Of a DNA stretch of 43,549 bases, positions 15,947 to 25,225 are shown in pieces (the stretch's first letter is position 1; every line of letters begins with the position of its first letter). The notes beneath the pieces were generated by a model. The model was not told the DNA's origin. It saw nothing but the letters and a program-made list of their open reading frames with translations, and searched no databases. A program made the translations under genes and the position numbers. This DNA comes from a virus: the IMG/VR virus record IMGVR_UViG_3300028901_000024, positions 1 to 43,549 of that record; one strand, given 5' to 3'.

Positions 15947-17629
15947 ATGGCACCAGCCGGCTCTGGGTACACCGATCTGCAGTTGCTCAGGCGGCGATAT
16001 TCTGCATTGGATGTCGAGTTCAGCAGCTGGCGTAACCACGGCCGCGATCTCAGCCAGTTTATCTTGCCGCGTTCTGGACGTTTCCTCACGTCTGACCGCA
16101 ATAAAGGCGACCGCCGTCATAACCTGATTTACGACAACACCGGCACGCGTGCACTGCGTGTGCTTGGTGCTGGCCTCATGGGCGGGGCTACATCCCCAGC
16201 TCGCCCGTGGTTCCGGTTGGCGACACCAGACCCAGACCTCATGCGCTCACCCAACGTCAAGTTGTGGTTGAACGATGTCACGCGCAACATGCTGTATATT
16301 TTCCAACGGTCGAACACGTACCGCACGTTGCACATGATGTACGAGGAACTCGGTTGCTTCGGCACTGCAGCCTCGATTGTCATGGACGACTTCAGCGACG
16401 TGATCAAACATTATCCGCTCACCTTCGGTGAGTTCAGGCTTGCGACCGACTACGGCGGTTCTGTCAACACGCTGGCACGTGAGTTTGACAAGCAGGTTGG
16501 TGGCCTAGTCGCTGAGTTTGGCTACAACAACTGCAGTCAGACCGTAAAGAATCTTTATGACCGTGGCGATCTCGATGTGTGGGTGACCATCGTGCACATG
16601 ATCGAACCACGCACCAGCCGCGACCCAAGCAAACGCGACCCGCTCAACATGGCGTGGAAGTCTTGCTATTTCGAGTCAGGAAGCAACGAAGATAAATACC
16701 TGCGTGAATCAGGAATGAAGCAGTTTAGGGCTATCGCTCCGCGCTGGTCGCTGTCCGGTGGTGACATCTACGCGACTTCGTGCCCCGGTATGGAAGCCCT
16801 CGGCGACATCAAACAGTTGCAGCACGAGCAGCTACGCAAGGCAGAAGGCATCGACTACCAGACCAAGCCTCCGTTGCAGGTACCACTGAGCTTGAAGAAC
16901 CGCGACGTAGATCGTCTACCCGGGGGTGTGTCTTATGTCGACATGACCGGTCCGTCCTCCGGCGTGCGCTCCATGTTCGAGGTAAACCTCAACCTGCAAC
17001 ATTTGCTTGAAGATATCCGCGACGTGCGCGAGCGCATCAACGGCGCGTTCTACACAGACCTGTTCCTGATGTTATCTAACATCGACCACACCGGCATCAC
17101 AGCAACAGAAGTCGCAGAGCGTCACGAAGAGAAATTACTCATGCTCGGCCCCGTGCTCGAGCGTCTGCACAACGAAGCCCTCGACCCGCTGATCAGCCTG
17201 ACATTCAACCGTATGGTCGAGACTGGCATCACGCCACCACCACCGCAAGAGCTGCAAGGCCAAGACCTCAATGTCGAGTTCGTCTCCATGCTGGCACAAG
17301 CGCAACGGGCAATCAGCACTAACAGTGTCGATCGTTATGTCGTTCGCCTTGGGGAAGTTGCGACCTTCAAACCGGGCGTGCTCGACAAGTTCAACGAAGA
17401 CGAGTGGGCAGATCGCTACGCAGACATGCTCGGCATCGACCCTGAGCTCGTGAACGCCGGCGAGAAGCTCGCCCTTATCCGTAAGGCCAAGGCCGACGCG
17501 ATGGCTAAACAGCAACAGATGATGGCAACAGAAAGCGCGGCGAACACCGCGAAAGCACTTGCCAGCGCACCCACCGACTCGAAGAACGCGCTCACCGACG
17601 TGACCCGTGCGTTCTCCGGTTACACATGA
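15947..17629 (+). CDS. Portal (T7-type head-tail connector)
   Basis: 560 aa, located after terL. The N-terminal pattern YSALDVEFSSWRNHGRDLSQFILPRSGRF is typical of podovirus connector proteins (recollection). Confidence 0.9.
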   Translation: MAPAGSGYTDLQLLRRRYSALDVEFSSWRNHGRDLSQFILPRSGRFLTSDRNKGDRRHNLIYDNTGTRALRVLGAGLMGGATSPARPWFRLATPDPDLMRSPNVKLWLNDVTRNMLYIFQRSNTYRTLHMMYEELGCFGTAASIVMDDFSDVIKHYPLTFGEFRLATDYGGSVNTLAREFDKQVGGLVAEFGYNNCSQTVKNLYDRGDLDVWVTIVHMIEPRTSRDPSKRDPLNMAWKSCYFESGSNEDKYLRESGMKQFRAIAPRWSLSGGDIYATSCPGMEALGDIKQLQHEQLRKAEGIDYQTKPPLQVPLSLKNRDVDRLPGGVSYVDMTGPSSGVRSMFEVNLNLQHLLEDIRDVRERINGAFYTDLFLMLSNIDHTGITATEVAERHEEKLLMLGPVLERLHNEALDPLISLTFNRMVETGITPPPPQELQGQDLNVEFVSMLAQAQRAISTNSVDRYVVRLGEVATFKPGVLDKFNEDEWADRYADMLGIDPELVNAGEKLALIRKAKADAMAKQQQMMATESAANTAKALASAPTDSKNALTDVTRAFSGYT

Positions 17630-17640
17630 GGAGATGGTAC

Positions 17641-17952
17641 ATGAAACTTGCAAGCCTTAAAACTGACGACTCTGGCATGTGCGAACCGTGTCCACCAAAC
17701 CCGTACGGATACGGCACGTGCATATCGCTCAATGATGACCAGTGCGAAGCCCTTGGTATCACAACGCCAATCCCTGCTGGAACAGTGGTGAGCATACAGG
17801 CCGTAGCCGTTGTCGAGAGTGTCACGGAGAGCGTTGAGCGCGACGGGGATGACACTGGCAACGATGTAAGTATGCGTCTGCAATTAACCGATATGGGTAT
17901 TTCGCCAATGAAGTCGACAATCGACCCGGCTGAAATGCTCTACAGCAAATAG
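17641..17952 (+). CDS. Hypothetical head-module protein (103 aa)
   Basis: GAGGAG lies 7 nt upstream of ATG 17641. An alternative ATG at 17626 overlaps the portal stop. Confidence 0.65.
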   Translation: MKLASLKTDDSGMCEPCPPNPYGYGTCISLNDDQCEALGITTPIPAGTVVSIQAVAVVESVTESVERDGDDTGNDVSMRLQLTDMGISPMKSTIDPAEMLYSK

Positions 17953-17961
17953 GAGATTAAT

Positions 17962-18318
17962 ATGGATAACTACGTTGAAGTTAAAGACCTCGCACCCAAA
18001 GGTGACACAGGGCAGCGCATAAAACAGTGGGAAGGACTCACGCTCACCGAGAGTGTAGGCACGCCAGTCAAGTCGGAAAACTACACTCACCTTTCGATTC
18101 AGGTGGAAGGCGCTTTCGGCGAGAAAGGCCGACTCGTGTTTGAAGGCACCAACGATAATGAGAACTTCCACACGCTTAGTGATCGTCACGGCGCCAAGCT
18201 GGCCTTCAGCAAACCCGGCCTTTACACCGTCGAGCCGTCTTTCGTCGCTGCGCAGCCGCGCGTCGCGGACGGTGACGACGACACCAAACTCACCGTAACA
18301 CTGGTGATGAAACCGTAA
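17962..18318 (+). CDS. Hypothetical protein (118 aa)
   Basis: AGGAGA RBS. Same strand and tight packing as its neighbours. Confidence 0.7.
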   Translation: MDNYVEVKDLAPKGDTGQRIKQWEGLTLTESVGTPVKSENYTHLSIQVEGAFGEKGRLVFEGTNDNENFHTLSDRHGAKLAFSKPGLYTVEPSFVAAQPRVADGDDDTKLTVTLVMKP

Positions 18319-18335
18319 GAACAGGAGCAGACATC

Positions 18336-18821
18336 ATGGCAAATAAACTCAAAGATACCGTAGCTGACGTCAAGACGTTCGGCCGGCTTTTTCAATCCGT
18401 TGTCGACCTCGCGCAAGCGGTAGATGACGTCGGCAGCATCGAACAGCTGGAAGCTGAGGCACGCAAACGCGCAGCACTTGCGAAGAAGGAAGAAGAGAAG
18501 GCGCAGCAAGAGCTGGACGCCACCAAAGCTGAACTTGCTTCTGCAAAAGCAGATGTTGCAAAGGCAAAAGACGAAGCGGCACTTACCCGCGCGAAGGCTG
18601 TTGAAGACGTGGCGAAAAGCAAAGACGAGGCAGCGAAACGAGTCAACGAGCTGATCGACCAAGCCAATGCCTCGGTGAAGAAAGTCAACGATGACATTAA
18701 AGCGAAACAGGCCAGAGCTAAGAGCCTCGACGCAGACATCGAAGAACGTGAGGCCACGCTGAAAGCCCTCAACGACGAGATCGACTCTATCAAGGCAAAG
18801 GCGAGCGCGATTGCTTCGTAA
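18336..18821 (+). CDS. Coiled-coil Ala/Lys/Glu-rich protein (161 aa)
   Basis: AGGAG RBS. A heptad-like charged sequence runs throughout. The long antisense ORFs here are compositional artefacts. Confidence 0.7.
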   Translation: MANKLKDTVADVKTFGRLFQSVVDLAQAVDDVGSIEQLEAEARKRAALAKKEEEKAQQELDATKAELASAKADVAKAKDEAALTRAKAVEDVAKSKDEAAKRVNELIDQANASVKKVNDDIKAKQARAKSLDADIEEREATLKALNDEIDSIKAKASAIAS

Positions 18822-18827
18822 AGAGAC

Positions 18828-19193
18828 ATGGGCAAACAGACACCGGGCGGGCAAGAAGTAGCGCACACTATCGTCTCCGGCCAGTTCACAGGGACCGGCC
18901 GGTCAGGAAATGCTACGCGCGGTACACAATCTGGCAGCGGTTCTGTCCCCCCGGTGTTTAAAGACCTTTTCAACGCCGCTTTGTGGGGCACGTTTGTTGG
19001 CACGGTGAAACTCGAGAAGTCTTTTGACGGCGGTACCACGTGGCTACCTGTCTCTAAAGACATTGCAGGTAACGAGGCAGCGTACACGGCGCCGGTCAAC
19101 TTGGGTATCTACGAACCGGAGCCGAACATACTTTATAGCTGGAATTGTACCAGTTACGTGAGCGGGACGATAAACTACAGGCTATCTCAATGA
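18828..19193 (+). CDS. Hypothetical protein (121 aa), probable beta-rich virion protein
   Basis: ATG start. The stop overlaps the next gene (ATGA). The motif VKLEKSFDGGTTWLPV is present. Confidence 0.7.
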   Translation: MGKQTPGGQEVAHTIVSGQFTGTGRSGNATRGTQSGSGSVPPVFKDLFNAALWGTFVGTVKLEKSFDGGTTWLPVSKDIAGNEAAYTAPVNLGIYEPEPNILYSWNCTSYVSGTINYRLSQ

Positions 19194-20092
19194 GTGTTTT
19201 GTTCACATTGATACGTCAGGCCGCTGAGAAACTGACTACTGCTGACATCTTGGCACTTCTAGGAATTGTGCCCATAGAGCATGGTGGTACAAGCGCAGAT
19301 AACGCAGATGGCGCGGTAGCCAATTTAATTGGGGGGCTAACCTCTGATGGCGCAGTTGACGCGGCAGCGACATCATCAATTTATGCTTATTATGATAACA
19401 ACAAAAGCTCGGCAAAGTATGTATCCGGGGCCGATCTTGCGGATAAGATTATTGCTTCTGGAAATTTTGGTGCGCTCGCATTTCAAGGCTCGGTTGATCT
19501 CACAACTCAAGTCACAGGCGACCTGCCATTTAGCAATATAGCCCAAATCGCTACCGCACAATTCCTAGGGCGCAATACATCCGGCACGGGTGATATTGAA
19601 CAACTAAGCATGACCACGGCTAAAACCATGCTCGGCTACGAGTTCGGAGTTGCGGCATCGGAAACTACTATATCGCAATCAGTAAGCGCATCGTCCACCT
19701 ACACACAGAATATTGCCCTTAATGCAAGCGATTGGACGAACGGATGCATGATTGTGCGGGATACCACATCGGGGAATTATGGTACGGGTGCGCTTATACA
19801 TTTTGGCACGTCAACCAGTGAATCATCAGGGGTTAGCGGGGCTATAACATACATAGGCGCTTCATATAGCGGCACATTCCAATCACGGTTGAATGTTGGC
19901 GATGGCTTCGTCACCGCAGCGTCCTTCTTGGGCGTTGGCAGAGGCACAGTCGGAGAATTCCGCATTGATTCAGTGAGAATCAGCGGAACAAACTTAGAAG
20001 TAATCTGGCGCAACTTGGCCGCAGGAACACGTACCATCACCGCACGGCAGCGGTATTATTTATGGCGCGGTGATAAGGATACCACGCCATGA
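19190..20092 (+). CDS. Fibre-like protein (300 aa) with an S/T/G-rich C-terminal half
   Basis: ATGA-coupled start. It carries the motifs LLGIVPIEHGGTSADNADGAVANL and IAQIATAQFLGRNTSGTGDIEQLSMTTAKTMLG, of the kind seen in phage fibres (recollection). Confidence 0.7.
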   Translation: MSVLFTLIRQAAEKLTTADILALLGIVPIEHGGTSADNADGAVANLIGGLTSDGAVDAAATSSIYAYYDNNKSSAKYVSGADLADKIIASGNFGALAFQGSVDLTTQVTGDLPFSNIAQIATAQFLGRNTSGTGDIEQLSMTTAKTMLGYEFGVAASETTISQSVSASSTYTQNIALNASDWTNGCMIVRDTTSGNYGTGALIHFGTSTSESSGVSGAITYIGASYSGTFQSRLNVGDGFVTAASFLGVGRGTVGEFRIDSVRISGTNLEVIWRNLAAGTRTITARQRYYLWRGDKDTTP

Positions 20093-21243
20093 GGGTACTT
20101 CACATCTGCATCAACGACCCTGATTATCCTACTGGCGGCCTTGGCGTTGCGGTTAAAGGTATCACCGAGGCGCAGAAGAAAATCGGTGTCATTCCTTATG
20201 TGCTTTGTTTTGACGACAACCACCCGGAAGGCCGAAAAGAGGGCAATATCCTCTCCGTCAATATCGAGGGCGATACACCGCGCTTTGCTGACATGGGCTA
20301 CCACCGCTTGATCTGGCAGCGCATGGCGACACATCTATGCCATTACTGGAAGAACGAGCCGATAGACATCATTCACCTGCACGATTCATGGTTGTGGCCT
20401 GTAGCTGAGGTTGCGCAAGCCCTTTATGGTTGCCAGATAATTTACACAAACCATTTGTCATTTGCTGTCGAAAACATTGGCTGGCCTAAGTGGAACAAAG
20501 TATCGAGCGAAGAAGCACACCTTGAAATCAAATGTCTGACGCAAGCCTATAACACCTATGTTTCGCTACCCTATGCCCAGAAGATAATTGCGCAATACCA
20601 GCTTGACGATCTAATGCCAAACCGCCCGGCTGCGGTTATTCATAATGGCGTAAGCCCATTGGATGAAAGCGAGCAAATAAAACTTGAGGGCAAGAATGTG
20701 TATTTTTGCGGTCGGGCTGTTCCAACCAAAGGCATCAAGCTGGTGGTCGAAGCAGCGGAAAGACTGCCCGGTTACAACTTCCATGTGTTTGCTGCGGTAA
20801 GCAATGACCATAAGGGATTCGCTGAAACAGGCCGCTATCTTGAGTCGGCAGACATCTTGCTAGATAACTTCCACTGGCACAACGTACACACCGAAGCCCA
20901 GAAATGCGCGTATCTTCGGGCGTGTGATGTCGCCCTAGTTCCAAGCATCAACGCCGCACCGTTTGAAATCACCGGGCTTGAGGCCATGATTGCCGGAACG
21001 CCTCTAATCACTACGGCCATGTGCGGGATGCGCGACTATTGCAATGACGACAATTGCACGATTATTGAGCCAACCACAGACGCGCTGGTAGAAGCCATAG
21101 CAAACCATGTGCGCGACCAAGATAAAATACGCAAAGCCTACGACACGGCCAAAGCTTTTACTTGGGACGCTGCCGCCAGCAAATACAAACAATTCTATGA
21201 GAGGGTGCATGGGTTTAATTTACCAGCTAGACACGCCGCTTGA
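20089..21243 (+). CDS. GT-B fold glycosyltransferase (GT4-like)
   Basis: N-terminus RVLHICINDPDYPTGGLGV, and C-terminus VALVPSINAAPFEITGLEAMIAGTPLITT (E..E sugar-donor motif region). The start is ATGA-coupled. Confidence 0.85.
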   Translation: MRVLHICINDPDYPTGGLGVAVKGITEAQKKIGVIPYVLCFDDNHPEGRKEGNILSVNIEGDTPRFADMGYHRLIWQRMATHLCHYWKNEPIDIIHLHDSWLWPVAEVAQALYGCQIIYTNHLSFAVENIGWPKWNKVSSEEAHLEIKCLTQAYNTYVSLPYAQKIIAQYQLDDLMPNRPAAVIHNGVSPLDESEQIKLEGKNVYFCGRAVPTKGIKLVVEAAERLPGYNFHVFAAVSNDHKGFAETGRYLESADILLDNFHWHNVHTEAQKCAYLRACDVALVPSINAAPFEITGLEAMIAGTPLITTAMCGMRDYCNDDNCTIIEPTTDALVEAIANHVRDQDKIRKAYDTAKAFTWDAAASKYKQFYERVHGFNLPARHAA

Positions 21244-21568
21244 ATCGCCGGAAGGCGTTACGGTCACACATCTAAACATCTTCCGCAATGATTCGGAAAC
21301 CTACCGCCCGAATCCGCCGGATATGGTTGGTGTGCTGTTCGTTCCAAAGACCGACATTTATTTTGCCGCTTGCAATCCTGATGGCAGCGAAGTCACACAC
21401 CCAGACGCGCAAGGAAGGGATTTGCCAGTGCTTTCAACACTCAGGCGTTTTAAGTTTGGCGACCTCAACCAAGCACAGAAAGACGCGCATAAAGCTTTGC
21501 TTCGCGCTCATTATGAGTTCATGCAGGAAATGGGAGAACTACCGCCGGGGAGCATTATTGATGTTTGA
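21209..21568 (+). CDS. Hypothetical protein (119 aa)
   Basis: ATG after GAGAGGG. It overlaps the glycosyltransferase end by 35 nt and the methyltransferase start by 8 nt. Confidence 0.55.
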   Translation: MGLIYQLDTPLESPEGVTVTHLNIFRNDSETYRPNPPDMVGVLFVPKTDIYFAACNPDGSEVTHPDAQGRDLPVLSTLRRFKFGDLNQAQKDAHKALLRAHYEFMQEMGELPPGSIIDV

Positions 21569-22205
21569 AGTACGCGGTCAGAAGATAGCCCTGCAAAGTG
21601 GCAAGTCATTCGCCCAGATACTTGAGGAGATCAGGCTGGATGTGTACGACTTTGACCGCGTGGATATTAAAGACGGTGATGTCATTGTAGACATCGGCGC
21701 ACATATCGGCATTTTTGCTTGTTATGCCGCCGCTAAATATCCTAACGCCAAAGTATACGCTTTCGAGCCAGCCAAGGAAACCTTTGAAGATTTAAAAAAG
21801 AACGCTGCCGCGTACCCAAATATTACCGCCTTTAACTTTGGGGTATCGGATAAGCCAGAGATTGAAATCCAATATCTGCCCCACATGAATTACTCCACCT
21901 CTGGGTATTACAGTAAAGACGTAAACGGGGCGGTAAAAGAAAAAGTAAAATGCATGTCGTTAGACGAGATCATCGACATGGTGGGAAATATACGCTTCCT
22001 GAAAGTAGATTGCGAAGGTGCGGAATGGGACATTATCCCCAAATGCAAGCAATTAGATCGCGTTGAGTATCTAAGCTGTGAACTCCATACCGGGCTTCCA
22101 AACACCGATATGACGGCCTTTAAGCAGGCAATTAAACCACATTTTACGACAAAGAACTTTCGTGGTCATCGCGTTGAGAAAGAAGCCGCAGAAGGTTTAA
22201 CCTAA
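21561..22205 (+). CDS. FkbM-family SAM-dependent methyltransferase
   Basis: The motifs are VIVDIGAHIGIFACYAA, VYAFEP and FLKVDCEGAEWDI. The upstream part of the track ORF (21288-21560) overlaps the previous gene and is not needed. Confidence 0.85.
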   Translation: MFEVRGQKIALQSGKSFAQILEEIRLDVYDFDRVDIKDGDVIVDIGAHIGIFACYAAAKYPNAKVYAFEPAKETFEDLKKNAAAYPNITAFNFGVSDKPEIEIQYLPHMNYSTSGYYSKDVNGAVKEKVKCMSLDEIIDMVGNIRFLKVDCEGAEWDIIPKCKQLDRVEYLSCELHTGLPNTDMTAFKQAIKPHFTTKNFRGHRVEKEAAEGLT

Positions 22206-22261
22206 AATCAATCCGGGTCTTGGTGTGCGTACCAGACTGGAAGCTCGTTAGAGTTTTCAGC

Positions 22262-22603
22262 ATGAACCACTATGACCCAACGGATACTAGGGCGCAGGAC
22301 AAGACGAAAGCTGAACTCGATGAGGAAGCACGTCGACTCTCCCGTCAAGAGACCGATGATTTCAAGTGGCTCATGAGTGATAAGCGCGGCCGTCGCATAG
22401 TGTGGGGGCTGCTTGAACGAACAGGGATATATCGGTCGAGCTTCACGGGTAACTCCGAGACGTTCTTCCGCGAAGGGGCGCGTAACGTTGGGCTGGTCTA
22501 CCTCGACCTCCTCAACACCTACACCCCTGAAAAATATAACCTCATGGTAACGGAGCAACGTCACAATGACCGACAACGCAACGACAACGACCGACGCAAA
22601 TAA
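22262..22603 (+). CDS. Conserved head-module protein (Bbp19-like by recollection)
   Basis: MNHYDPTD...RRIVWGLLERTGIYRSSFTGNSETFFREGARNVG. It lies directly upstream of the scaffold and capsid genes. Confidence 0.65.
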   Translation: MNHYDPTDTRAQDKTKAELDEEARRLSRQETDDFKWLMSDKRGRRIVWGLLERTGIYRSSFTGNSETFFREGARNVGLVYLDLLNTYTPEKYNLMVTEQRHNDRQRNDNDRRK

Positions 22604-23270
22604 CACTGAAGCCGGTGCGACGTCACAGGAAACCGTTAATGCTGAAGTAAAAACGGAAGCACAAACGGATTCTAGCACCAAGCAGGCTGAAGGCGAAAGC
22701 GACACCGCTAAAGAAAGCGACAAGCAAGACGCCGATAAGACTGACGAGAAGAAAGACACCAAAGAGAAATCTACGGTGCCTGAGAAATACGCGGATTTTG
22801 CTTTAGTCGAAGGGGTTTCTGTAAATCCCGAAACTATGGAGAAGTTCACGGCTCTCGCCAAGAAACACGGTCTCAGCCAAGAAGCAGCGCAAGAGTTTGC
22901 AACATTAGGCAGCGAGGTTGCGAATGGTGTCGCAATGAAGCCAGCCACCTTGTTGCAAGAGCTTACGGACAAATGGGGCAAGGAAGTGGTGAACGACAAA
23001 GAACTCGGCGGCGATAAGCTCGGCGAGAACCTGTCGGTTGCCAAGAAAGCCTTAGATGCGTTCGGCACCGATAAACTGAAATCACTGCTTGGGAAGTTCG
23101 ACGCGAAAGATAACCCGAACGGTACGGGGCTGGGCAACCACCCCGAGATCATCCGGTTTTTCTACAGCCTCGGCAAAGCAATTAGCGAAGACAACAAAGT
23201 CGTTACCCGGGACACCAGCGGCACTGCTGCTAAAGACCCGGCCGAAGTGTTGTACGGCAAAAAGAATTAG
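22566..23270 (+). CDS. Scaffolding protein
   Basis: It has an acidic low-complexity N-terminus, then PEKYADFALVEGVSV...AKKHGLSQEAAQEF. The gene lies immediately before the capsid gene. Confidence 0.8.
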   Translation: MTDNATTTTDANNTEAGATSQETVNAEVKTEAQTDSSTKQAEGESDTAKESDKQDADKTDEKKDTKEKSTVPEKYADFALVEGVSVNPETMEKFTALAKKHGLSQEAAQEFATLGSEVANGVAMKPATLLQELTDKWGKEVVNDKELGGDKLGENLSVAKKALDAFGTDKLKSLLGKFDAKDNPNGTGLGNHPEIIRFFYSLGKAISEDNKVVTRDTSGTAAKDPAEVLYGKKN

Positions 23271-23300
23271 TGAGTTTTAACAAGTTAAGGAGTCCATGAG

Positions 23301-24341
23301 ATGGCAACATTACCTAAAGCTGGCGCAGTCACTCTGCTTGATATCGCCAAGTCCTTAGACCCAGACGGCAAAACGGCGACTGTCGTTGAGCTGCTTAATC
23401 AAACTAACGAAATCTTGACTGACATGAAGTGGATTGAGAGCAATCTCGCCACCGGTCACCAGACCACTATCCGCACCGGTTTACCGACGGCTATCTGGCG
23501 CCAACTTTATCAAGGCGTTCCTCCCAGCAAATCGCAACGTGCTCAGGTAACTGACGCAGTTGGTATGTTGGAAACGCGCTCTGAAGTTGACAAAGATGCT
23601 GTAGAGTTGAACGGCAACACCGAACAGTTCCGTCTCTCCGAAGCGCAAGCTTTCTTGGAAGGCATGAACCAGACGATGGCGTCGACACTCTTCTACGGCG
23701 ACAGCGTGCTCAACCCGGAACGTTTCACCGGTCTTTCTCCCCGTTACTCTTCGCTCTCCGCAGGTAACGCGCAGAACATCATCGACGCCGGTGGTTCTGG
23801 TTCGGACAACACCTCGGTGTGGCTGATCGTCTGGGGTGCAAACACCATCAGCGGCCTGTACCCGAAAGGTTCAAAAGCTGGTCTTATCCACGAAGACCTC
23901 GGTCTGCTTGATGCTTTCGACAGCAGCAACGCACGCTACCGCGCGTACGCTGACCACTGGCAGTGGAAATGCGGCATCACGGTTCGTGACTGGCGCTATG
24001 CTGTGCGTATCTGCAACGTCGACATTTCCGACTTGCTCGCGCAAACCGGCACCCAAGCGTCTACCGCTGCAACGGCATTGATGAAAGTCATGCTGAAAGC
24101 AATGGCTCGTATCCCTGCAATGGGTATGGGTACGCCAGTGTTTTACGCGAACCGCACGGTGAAAGAGATGCTCTCTATCGCTGCGCTCGACAAGTCGAAC
24201 ACGGCACTCGCAATCGAACCTTCAACCAACCAGTTCGGCAACGTTTCGCCGGGTAGCGTTGGTAACGGAACGCTAAGATTCTTTGGCGTACCGGTTCGCA
24301 CCTGCGATGCACTGCTCAGCGCAGAGACCCGCGTAACCTAA
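23301..24341 (+). CDS. Major capsid protein (HK97-type, BPP-1/epsilon15-like)
   Basis: 346 aa with AAGGAG 8 nt upstream. It follows the scaffold and precedes the cement protein, and a hairpin lies downstream. Confidence 0.9.
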   Translation: MATLPKAGAVTLLDIAKSLDPDGKTATVVELLNQTNEILTDMKWIESNLATGHQTTIRTGLPTAIWRQLYQGVPPSKSQRAQVTDAVGMLETRSEVDKDAVELNGNTEQFRLSEAQAFLEGMNQTMASTLFYGDSVLNPERFTGLSPRYSSLSAGNAQNIIDAGGSGSDNTSVWLIVWGANTISGLYPKGSKAGLIHEDLGLLDAFDSSNARYRAYADHWQWKCGITVRDWRYAVRICNVDISDLLAQTGTQASTAATALMKVMLKAMARIPAMGMGTPVFYANRTVKEMLSIAALDKSNTALAIEPSTNQFGNVSPGSVGNGTLRFFGVPVRTCDALLSAETRVT

Positions 24342-24355
24342 TAGCTCCTGAGTGA

Positions 24356-24381
24356 TGTGGCCCGTGTAACAACGGGTCACA
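24356..24381 (+). terminator. Post-capsid hairpin (attenuator/partial terminator candidate)
   Basis: A 10-bp stem TGTGGCCCGT/ACGGGTCACA (one G.U) with a 6-nt loop. No immediate U-tract follows. Confidence 0.4.
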
Positions 24382-24413
24382 GCTTGGCTAATTAATTTTA
24401 AGGGAGATATTCC

Positions 24414-24872
24414 ATGATACTTGATACACAAAATGTTTTTTCTGACGCACAGGCGGTGACCTCGACGGCTATCAGCGCCAACGTCACTGACCTCAACCCT
24501 TCTGGCGGTGCTAACGCCACACAGGACATCGGTAACGGTGAACCGATCTGGTTAGTTATCTCTACCCAGACGACCTGCACCGATACCGGCTCTGACGCGA
24601 CTGTCACTTTCACGCTCGAATCTGACACCGCTGCTGGTCTTGGTTCTTCTCCGGTGGTTCACTTCAGCACTGGTGCACTAGCTTTCGCTACTTATGCGAC
24701 CGCCGGTACCATCGTAGCTGCGGTATTACTGCCGTCGGCAACGTACAAACGCTTCCTCGGTGTGCGTTACACCGTAGCGAGCGGTCCGCTGACTGCTGGT
24801 GCTTTCGATGCGTTCCTCACGCACGACATCCAGAAGTACGTGAACTACGCTAACGGCTTCACTGTAGGCTAA
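24414..24872 (+). CDS. Capsid cement/decoration protein (Bbp16-like by recollection)
   Basis: 152 aa with an AGGGAGA RBS. The N-terminus FSDAQAVTSTAISANVTDL and the position right after the capsid gene support the call. Confidence 0.75.
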   Translation: MILDTQNVFSDAQAVTSTAISANVTDLNPSGGANATQDIGNGEPIWLVISTQTTCTDTGSDATVTFTLESDTAAGLGSSPVVHFSTGALAFATYATAGTIVAAVLLPSATYKRFLGVRYTVASGPLTAGAFDAFLTHDIQKYVNYANGFTVG

Positions 24873-24880
24873 TAAGACAA

Positions 24881-24915
24881 ATGGGTGAGCTCTTTCGGGG
24901 GCTCGCCCATTTTTA
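24881..24915 (+). terminator. Rho-independent terminator
   Basis: A 12-bp stem ATGGGTGAGCTC/GGGCTCGCCCAT (two G.U) with a 6-nt loop, followed by TTTTT. Confidence 0.8.
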
Positions 24916-24936
24916 CTTGGAAAGGATGACATCAAA

Positions 24937-25209
24937 ATGAAAGTTATTGCGACAGCAAAAGGTTACGACAACAAGGCAGTTCGCGAACCCGGCGAAGTAT
25001 TTGACATGCCGGAGGGCGCAAAAGGCAGTTGGTTCAGACCTTACGTTGGAGAAAAAGCAGCTCCTGCAGAAGCGGTAGCCAGCAAGGAACCCACCTACGA
25101 CGAATTGCTCGAGAAAGCAAAAGGCTTAGGCATCCAGTTCAACGGGCGTCCGAAGAAAGCTGACCTGATCGCTGCGTTGGAAGACGCGGAGAAGGAATCG
25201 CTCGCATAA
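24937..25209 (+). CDS. Small protein with a C-terminal HeH/SAP (Rho-N-like) motif
   Basis: GAAAGGA RBS. The C-terminus is YDELLEKAKGLGIQFNGRPKKADLIAALEDA. Confidence 0.7.
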   Translation: MKVIATAKGYDNKAVREPGEVFDMPEGAKGSWFRPYVGEKAAPAEAVASKEPTYDELLEKAKGLGIQFNGRPKKADLIAALEDAEKESLA

Positions 25210-25225
25210 CTTTTAGGTGGTAGCT

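Noticed and set aside
18222-19099. Two long minus-strand ORFs (214 and 235 aa) opposite the coiled-coil gene, and a 314-aa Ser-rich ORF at 22208-23152 opposite the scaffold gene
   Set aside because: They are mirror images of low-complexity Ala/Lys/Glu or acidic coding sequence on the plus strand. Their products are Ser/Ala/Cys-rich nonsense-like, and accepting them would break the uninterrupted plus-strand late operon.
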